This document shows positions 26,508-32,000 of a DNA stretch of 32,000 nucleotides, piece by piece. The DNA lies in the NCBI RefSeq assembly GCF_000020025.1, contig NC_010628.1:6540001-6572000 (forward strand). The letters run 5' to 3'. Below the pieces are notes generated by a model, which worked only from the letters and a program-made list of their open reading frames with translations, was not told the DNA's origin and did not search any database. The position numbers were made by a program, and so were the translations under genes. The stretch comes from Nostoc punctiforme PCC 73102 (GTDB lineage Bacteria > Cyanobacteriota > Cyanobacteriia > Cyanobacteriales > Nostocaceae). Each line of letters opens with the position of its first letter. The first letter of the stretch is position 1.

Positions 26508-27887
26508 ATGTTAGGACAATTATTAGACGGACGTTACCAAATCCTCCAAGTCTTAGGTGGAGGTGGATTCGGTCAAACCTATATAGCTCAAGATACCCAT
26601 CGACCAGGTTTCCCGAAATGCGTTGTCAAACACCTTAAGCCCGTCACTCGTAGCCCCGAATTTCTCGAAACTGCTAGACGGCTATTTACCAGTGAGGCAG
26701 AAACGCTAGAACAACTGGGCAACCATGACCAAATCCCTCGGCTTTTAGCCTATTTTGAAGATAACCAAGAGTTTTTCTTGGTGCAAGAGTTTATTGAGGG
26801 GCATACGCTAAAAGCGGAACTCTTACCCAATCAACCTTGGGCAGAATATCAAGTGATTCAACTTCTCCAACAGATGTTGGGTATTCTGCAATTTATTCAC
26901 AGCCACAACGTTATCCATCGAGATATCAAACCAGACAATATAATCAGGCGGCAACAAGACGGTAAGCTAGTGCTGATTGATTTTGGCGCAGTTAAACAAG
27001 TCCAAACTCAACTGCTTACAGTTTCAGGGCGCACTGGGGCTACTATTATCATTGGTACTCCAGGATATATGTCTACAGAGCAGGGGCAAGGTAAGCCCCG
27101 TTCCAACAGCGATATTTATTCTTTGGGTATTATTGGTATCCAATCGCTAACGGGGTTACATCCTATTAACTTTGAGGAAGATCAAGATACTGGTGAAATT
27201 TCTTGGCAACATCAGGCTAATGTCAGTTCTGAGTTGGCATCTGTGCTATCTAAGATGGTGCTACATCACTTTAAACAGCGCTATCAATCTGCAGCTGAAG
27301 TTTTACAGGTGCTTAAGAATCTTGATAGTAAAGTAGAAGCGCAATCACTTCAATCACCATCTTTTAGACAACCATATCAAGCTTCACTTTCTCAACAAAA
27401 CTCAATTGAGTATCCGCCTGCTTCCATCCTGTCTGCGGAAAATTATAGCCGCTTAGAAAAGATTCTTTTGGAATTTGTCGGCCCCGTCGCTTCAAGATTA
27501 CTACGACAAATAGCGGCATCAGTAACCAACCATGAAGAATTAATTAATCAATTAGCCCTTCATCTTCGAGAAAATCAACAAATTGATTTTAAGAAGAAAA
27601 CAATGTTTTTACTAGAGAAACCTACTCTACTACAGGAATTTACTGTTAAATCTGAAATTAAGTCCAATAATTTACCAAGCCAAGAATCTCAAGTAATCAG
27701 CGATAGCTTTGTGCATCAGTGTGAGCGAGAATTGGCTGATTTGATTGGTCCAATAGCTAAGTTTCTAGTCCAAAAAGCTGTTAAGTCATCTGGGCAAATT
27801 TCTCGTGCAGAATTTGTGCAACTTTTAGCATCACAAATTCCCGAACCTCAAAAATCTTTGAGATTTCAGCAACGCTTACTTTCTTGA
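26508..27887 (+). CDS. Hanks-type Ser/Thr protein kinase with a duplicated C-terminal helical module
   Basis: The G-loop is LGGGGFGQTY, followed by CVVKHL (Lys), HRDIKPDNII, DFGAVK and GTPGYMSTEQ. The C-terminal 150 aa holds two related ~60-aa units containing LEFVGPVASRLLRQ and LADLIGPIAKFLVQK. Confidence 0.9.
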   Translation: MLGQLLDGRYQILQVLGGGGFGQTYIAQDTHRPGFPKCVVKHLKPVTRSPEFLETARRLFTSEAETLEQLGNHDQIPRLLAYFEDNQEFFLVQEFIEGHTLKAELLPNQPWAEYQVIQLLQQMLGILQFIHSHNVIHRDIKPDNIIRRQQDGKLVLIDFGAVKQVQTQLLTVSGRTGATIIIGTPGYMSTEQGQGKPRSNSDIYSLGIIGIQSLTGLHPINFEEDQDTGEISWQHQANVSSELASVLSKMVLHHFKQRYQSAAEVLQVLKNLDSKVEAQSLQSPSFRQPYQASLSQQNSIEYPPASILSAENYSRLEKILLEFVGPVASRLLRQIAASVTNHEELINQLALHLRENQQIDFKKKTMFLLEKPTLLQEFTVKSEIKSNNLPSQESQVISDSFVHQCERELADLIGPIAKFLVQKAVKSSGQISRAEFVQLLASQIPEPQKSLRFQQRLLS

Positions 27888-27917
27888 TATTTTAAATATT
27901 GTCTTTATTTATCCGTT

Positions 27918-28009
27918 AATTACGTTAGCGTAGCGGTAGCGAGCCCGCGTACTCTTACAGAGAAGCAAGCTACGCTTTTAGCGTCTCGTAGAGAGCGTCA
28001 TTACGAATT
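27918..28009. repeat. GC-rich CTACGC/GCGTAG-containing short dispersed-repeat-like insert in a convergent intergenic gap
   Basis: AGCGTAGC (27927-27934) is the exact reverse complement of GCTACGCT (27969-27976). Related CTACGC-containing hairpins occur at 3122-3156, 13365-13401 and 22074-22110. Confidence 0.4.
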
Positions 28010-28010
28010 A

Positions 28011-28925
28011 TCAGCCTTGGTTATTCAACATCTCCATAGCTATTTTTAAGCTAGCTTTCATCCGATTAAATGCTTCTGCTAACCCACCAATCTCATCATT
28101 AGAGCTTTCTTCAAAATCAGCGCTCATATCACCAATGCTAACTTTTTGAGCTATTTTTTCAATTTTTCTGATGCGCTGAATCACATATTTTTTGATTAAA
28201 AAGTTAATTAAGAAAACTACGATCGCAAAGATAGTTATTAACAGCCCCATGATTAATATCCAAGTCCGTTTGGCATTGGCAAAAATTTCTTGGGAAGGAA
28301 CAGAGATTATTTGAGCAGAAACAATCTGATTAAGTTGCCAGCCAAAACCATTTTCCGAGCCATAAGTTGCCAACTGACTTTTAGGAGCTTGATCTGGTGT
28401 AGAATGACATCGCAGACATTTCTGTTGTGTAATCTTTAATGGCCGCGCTATGTAAAATACTTCGCCTTCTGACAATTTCCGAAAGCCTGTAATTTCTTGA
28501 GTTTTGGATTCATTGCGAAAACGTTCTACAAGTTGAGTTTCAAAATTATCAGCTTTATCCGCTAAATTTGTTGGATTAAGTGTTGCATCTTTATGGAAAA
28601 AGTTTTTAAATTCGGGCTTTTTACGAAAATTTTCAAACACTTCTTTAGAAGAAAAAGTTGGTACAACTTCAGGCATGAACGTTGGGTTAGTATCTAGTCT
28701 AGGTTCTAATAAGGGATCTATCCGATTTTGTGTATAATCTCTAACTGCGTTCACCATTTGAATGAGAATCTGCGCTTGAGAAGTTACTTCATTTTGCGCT
28801 CTCCCCTGAAGTACACTGGATAAGGCAATCCCACTTCCCATAATACTGACTATGAAAACTAATATTAAAAGTAAGTTAAATTTAGCACCAATTTTTAAGT
28901 TTTTTAATGTAATGTTGTTTAACAT
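28011..28925 (-). CDS. Membrane sensor: periplasmic DUF3365-like c-type heme domain plus HAMP domain, no output domain
   Basis: TM1 is FNLLLILVFIVSIMGSGIALSSVL. The periplasmic domain carries a CxxCH heme-c motif (QQKCLRCHSTP). TM2 is WILIMGLLITIFAIVVFLINFLI. The HAMP region is IRKIEKIAQKVSIGDMSADFEESSNDEIGGLAEAFNRM. The protein ends ~15 aa later. Confidence 0.75.
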   Translation of the reverse strand: MLNNITLKNLKIGAKFNLLLILVFIVSIMGSGIALSSVLQGRAQNEVTSQAQILIQMVNAVRDYTQNRIDPLLEPRLDTNPTFMPEVVPTFSSKEVFENFRKKPEFKNFFHKDATLNPTNLADKADNFETQLVERFRNESKTQEITGFRKLSEGEVFYIARPLKITQQKCLRCHSTPDQAPKSQLATYGSENGFGWQLNQIVSAQIISVPSQEIFANAKRTWILIMGLLITIFAIVVFLINFLIKKYVIQRIRKIEKIAQKVSIGDMSADFEESSNDEIGGLAEAFNRMKASLKIAMEMLNNQG

Positions 28926-29104
28926 AACCTAACCAATGAAGGTGGTATCTGAGTTTGTCTAATATTTATTTATACCTGTTAGAAAGCATCTCAACAATAT
29001 TTAAATAAATATTAATTTTTTGCCACAATATAACCTATTTAGGCAGCAGTCAAACTTATCTAAATTAGTTCTGAAAACCAAGTTACTTCCTTAACCAATA
29101 ATTA

Positions 29105-29962
29105 GTGATGTTTTTGCGACTTCCCCGACGTTTATTTCTGTTTAATCTGCTAGGTTTGACATTTGCTGCTTGTCAATCACCAAATGATATTAATGGTACG
29201 TTAACTGTTGGTGTTCTCAACTATGGTGGAGGCGAACAGATAATTAATCAATATGCTAAATTTAATAGTTATTTAGGTGAAAAAACAAACTCATATATTC
29301 AGTTAGAGCCGGTTTTTAATGAAAATAGAGCGGTTGAGCGCCTAGAAGCTCGTGCTTGGTCATTAGTATTTGCTCCACCAGGTTTAGCGGCTATTGCGAT
29401 CGCACGTCACCAATATGCTCCCCTATTTCCTTTAATAGGTATTAATAATTTGCGCTCAATTTTCGTTGTTCGCAAAGACAATCCAATTACCGAATTGAAG
29501 CAACTGCAAGGTAAAACAGTGGCTTTAGGTCAATTAGGTTCAGCAACAGGATATTATTTTCCTCTTTACAATCTTTATGGTACAACACTAGCTGAGATCC
29601 TATTTGCACCCACACCTAAAGCCGCGCTGGAATTGGTGGCTCGAGGAAAAGCGATCGCCTGTGCTGTCTCAGAGGCGGAATTGGCTCTCTACGGTTCACA
29701 GTTGGCTCCCACGGAATTCCGCATACTGTTTAAAGACCCTCACTATGTACCATTAGGCGTGGTCTTGATTGGCCCGAATGTAGAACGTAACCGTCAAGAG
29801 TTCATCCGCAAAGTGATGAGTGATGCGCCTTCTGGTTTAGCTCAAGAAGTAGGGTATGTACCCAACGGACAAGTACCAGATTACAAATATATGATTTCTG
29901 TGGTCGATCGGGTAAGCTCGATTACTTCTAAGCTGCAAAAGAAACCTGTCCAATTATTTTGA
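29105..29962 (+). CDS. PhnD/SsuA-like periplasmic substrate-binding protein (probable lipoprotein)
   Basis: The signal and lipobox-like sequence is LLGLTFAAC. LTVGVLNYGG and GQLGSATGYYFPLYNL resemble the phosphonate-binding-protein fold. The start may be GTG at 29105 or ATG at 29108. No ABC permease or ATPase genes are adjacent. Confidence 0.7.
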   Translation: MMFLRLPRRLFLFNLLGLTFAACQSPNDINGTLTVGVLNYGGGEQIINQYAKFNSYLGEKTNSYIQLEPVFNENRAVERLEARAWSLVFAPPGLAAIAIARHQYAPLFPLIGINNLRSIFVVRKDNPITELKQLQGKTVALGQLGSATGYYFPLYNLYGTTLAEILFAPTPKAALELVARGKAIACAVSEAELALYGSQLAPTEFRILFKDPHYVPLGVVLIGPNVERNRQEFIRKVMSDAPSGLAQEVGYVPNGQVPDYKYMISVVDRVSSITSKLQKKPVQLF

Positions 29963-29981
29963 TTTACATCATAAATATTGC

Positions 29982-30752
29982 TCAAAAAAACAATTTGAAT
30001 CGGGCTAGCTGATTTTGAATTGTTCCTGTCAGGATTTTATTTAGTTCTGTGATGTCTTGGAATTGCAAAATTTGCTGTGTGGGTAAGTCGAAGGGAAATT
30101 GTCCTTCAATATCTGGACGTTGCATTTGTGCTAGTACAATCTGTTCAGATCGCTTACTTTGAATAGCATAGCCAATCTCAATACAGACATTGGGACTAGG
30201 AATTAGTTGGGGGGTTTCTTTACCGTCAAGACTAGCGATGGGTGTGGTGTCAGCGATAAATAACAAACTTTTACGGATTTTTCGCATGATCGTGCGGTTA
30301 ATCCGTAGAATAGCACCACTGGGGCGAGAGGATTCTACTAATGTTAGAGGAAGGCGCGATCGCAAGTTTAAACTTTCTAAACTTTTTCGCAGTTCTTCTC
30401 TAAGAGCATTTGTCGCAGCGGCATACTCAGTTTGATAGGATAAAAAAATAGTTGGTTCTAACTGAGCCAACAGTGCCTGTTTGGTAAAATAAATTTCATG
30501 ACTAATTAAGTCAATGTTGGCGACGCAATAGCCACCACTTCCTTCAATATAAAATTCAATATTTTCCCCTTCTAGATAGCGCCCAAACCAAGTTGATTTC
30601 TTAACTTCGTCGCTCTCTTCTAAAAAGTCTGCCCGCAATGCCGATCTCAGCAGGCTTTTTTTGCTCAAGCGAATGTCTGGCGGACGTTTTTCTAGTTCTG
30701 GAATCGGCTCGTAATCCTGTAGATACCACGCTCTGAGCGCAATAATTGACAT
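29982..30752 (-). CDS. Two-domain protein: unknown N-terminal ~100 aa plus a C-terminal TIR-like / nucleoside 2-deoxyribosyltransferase-like fold domain (inferred)
   Basis: The C-terminal half shows a strand-helix pattern: IFLSYQTEY...(helix)...LLFIADTTPI...PSPNVCIEIGYAI...IVLAQM. This resembles the (V/I)F(I/L)SY start and the NV-x-F/I-E-x-GY motif of TIR-like (Cap12/Pycsar-effector type) domains as I recall them. It is monocistronic. Confidence 0.5.
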   Translation of the reverse strand: MSIIALRAWYLQDYEPIPELEKRPPDIRLSKKSLLRSALRADFLEESDEVKKSTWFGRYLEGENIEFYIEGSGGYCVANIDLISHEIYFTKQALLAQLEPTIFLSYQTEYAAATNALREELRKSLESLNLRSRLPLTLVESSRPSGAILRINRTIMRKIRKSLLFIADTTPIASLDGKETPQLIPSPNVCIEIGYAIQSKRSEQIVLAQMQRPDIEGQFPFDLPTQQILQFQDITELNKILTGTIQNQLARFKLFF

Positions 30753-31345
30753 AAGGCGCTATTTAAATTATTTTTCACTATTTAGCTTAGTATAATCTTA
30801 CACCAAGAGGAGTTCATATCTTAGACTTCTCTTTAAACACAACAACACCCAAGCATCTACTCGCTGAACTATCTTCTCTCGTTGTTTATCAGATGCAGGG
30901 ATGTACTAATTTTCATCGCTTGTGTAAACAAGTTATGAAATCTAGTGACAGCGCCCCCTAATCTTCCACATTTGAGTAAATAGCAGTTTTCGCGTTGGGT
31001 GTTGCTGTGTTTTGACGAGACAGATGTAAGTTAAACAGCGTCTTTTACCTCTTACTTATCGATTCTAAATGCAGCTGTTATATCTGCCAGGGAAGCTTTT
31101 TTATGAGCTTCAATTATTAGATTATCACTCATCGATGGAAGGGAGTTTTTTTGCAACGAAACTTTACTTTTAAAGTATTGTGTAATCAAAGTCAATATAT
31201 TGCAGTAATGGGATAACTTCTAAATCTTTTCTTTAGCCTATTTTCAAAAAATATCATCAACCTTTTGGATGAACAAAGTAATTACTAATTCAAATTTTAA
31301 GTTTTGAAACTAACATTCTGAAAATAAGATAGAAAATCTATTCCT

Positions 31346-32000
31346 CTACCTTGAGTAAACTATTTTAGCTGGAGGCTTGACGGGAATTTCAATCCAGAAC
31401 TCTGTACCAATGCCCGGTTCTGAAATGCACTCCATTATTCCACCATGTTTTTCGACAATAATCTGATAGCTGATTGCCAATCCTAGTCCTGTACCCCTAC
31501 CCACAGGTTTGGTAGTATAAAATGGGTCAAAAATTCGCTTTTTTATCTCTGGAATCATTCCAGGCCCATTGTCACTAATACGAATCAATAGACGAGAGTT
31601 ATCTGCTGAGATTTTAGTGGAAATGCGGATAGTAGGCACTGGAGATGGCTTATTCTCTTTGTCTTCCTCCGCAGTCCCCATTTCTAAAGCATCTATGGCA
31701 TTGCTGAAAATATTCATGAATACCTGATTCATTTGGCCGGCATAGCATTCTACCTTTGGGATGTTGCCATAGTCTTTGATTACCTGAATGCCTGGAAATT
31801 TACCATTTCCTTTCAGCTGATGTTGTAAAATTAATAAGGTGTTGTCAATGCCTTCATGCAAGTCAACGCGCTTGTTTTCAGCCTCATCCAAGCGAGAAAA
31901 ATTGCGTAACGACAGCACTATTGAACGGATGCGATCGCTTCCTACTTGCATTGAGGTAATGATTCTTGGGAGGTCTTCTACCAAAAATTCAAAATCCACT
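31346..32000 (-). CDS. Sensor histidine kinase, C-terminal catalytic (HATPase_c) portion; N-terminus beyond window end
   Basis: The N-box is QVFMNIFSNAIDA, G1 is ISDNGPGM, the F-box is IFDPFYTTK and G2 is GTGLGLAISYQ. The ORF is open to the window edge. Confidence 0.85.
   Translation of the reverse strand, partial: VDFEFLVEDLPRIITSMQVGSDRIRSIVLSLRNFSRLDEAENKRVDLHEGIDNTLLILQHQLKGNGKFPGIQVIKDYGNIPKVECYAGQMNQVFMNIFSNAIDALEMGTAEEDKENKPSPVPTIRISTKISADNSRLLIRISDNGPGMIPEIKKRIFDPFYTTKPVGRGTGLGLAISYQIIVEKHGGIMECISEPGIGTEFWIEIPVKPPAKIVYSR

Noticed and set aside
682-30435. Short ORFs in the six-frame track lying antisense to, or out of frame within, the long genes. They are 682-873, 2283-2522, 3478-3735, 5792-5989, 5999-6310, 8449-8673, 8568-8768, 9168-9353, 11845-12033, 12249-12563, 12587-12769, 15227-15634, 18277-18489, 19176-19436, 20122-20478, 20801-21016, 21048-21272, 21519-21704, 23205-23444, 24608-24799, 24690-24887, 25023-25226 and 30190-30435.
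   Set aside because: Each is fully embedded in a much longer ORF that has clear family motifs. Their translations are low-complexity or Arg/Ser/Cys-rich with no motifs, which is typical of shadow ORFs.
30893-30961. 22-codon sORF (MQGCTNFHRLCKQVMKSSDSAP) in the long gap, considered as a possible RiPP precursor or leader peptide.
   Set aside because: It has no SD and no adjacent modifying enzymes, and it is too short to evaluate. It is mentioned only inside the gap finding.
1-32000. GCGATCGC (HIP1) palindromes scattered through genes and spacers, for example at 861, 7053, 7670, 10549, 11811, 29397 and 29651.
   Set aside because: HIP1 is a well-known genome-wide signature of many cyanobacteria and not a local feature. 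It is useful only for taxonomic inference.
1-32000. Search for tRNA/rRNA genes, transposases, integrases, restriction-modification, CRISPR-Cas or toxin-antitoxin pairs.
   Set aside because: I saw no tRNA-like T-arm (GGTTCGAATCC-type) strings, no rRNA-like sequence, and no ORF with DDE, tyrosine-recombinase, Cas or REase motifs. By these criteria the window does not look like a classical mobile or defence island.

Overview
The window appears to come from the chromosome of a filamentous Nostoc/Anabaena-type cyanobacterium. This is inferred from about 25 GCGATCGC (HIP1) palindromes, heptamer and nonamer tandem repeats in intergenic DNA, and the gene content. I call 25 protein genes and find no rRNA, tRNA, CRISPR array, transposase or integrase.

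Gene order, left to right:
- hopanoid side-chain genes hpnA (5' end off-window) and hpnH
- a class I methyltransferase
- a complete phycocyanin operon, cpcB-cpcA-cpcC-cpcC-cpcD-cpcE-cpcF, with hairpins or repeats at four gene junctions
- an HD phosphohydrolase
- putA
- a low-coding 1.5-kb stretch holding two convergent paralogous ribbon-helix-helix (RHH) mini-genes and a nested inverted repeat
- a 1181-aa HTH/NB-ARC/14xWD40 STAND NTPase
- a minus-strand cluster of a ThDP enzyme, a KAS III-like enzyme and a PEP-CTERM GDSL hydrolase
- a HAD hydrolase
- a 289-aa protein of unknown function
- a small ORF abutting mltA
- a DUF4278 protein
- a Hanks-type Ser/Thr kinase
- an output-less heme-c/HAMP membrane sensor, divergent from a PhnD-like binding protein
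- a lone protein with a TIR-like C-terminal domain
- the 3' part of a histidine kinase

I do not see a canonical, nameable defence or mobile system. The best candidates for something undescribed are:
1. the RHH pair, the inverted-repeat element and the HTH-STAND-WD40 locus (12.9-17.9 kb)
2. the ThDP/KAS III-like/GDSL cluster (17.9-21.8 kb), a possible small-molecule pathway
3. the orphan unknown-domain plus TIR-like protein (30.0-30.8 kb)
4. the 289-aa unknown protein (23.1-24.0 kb)

All four are hypotheses built from motifs read by eye. None is backed by a database search.
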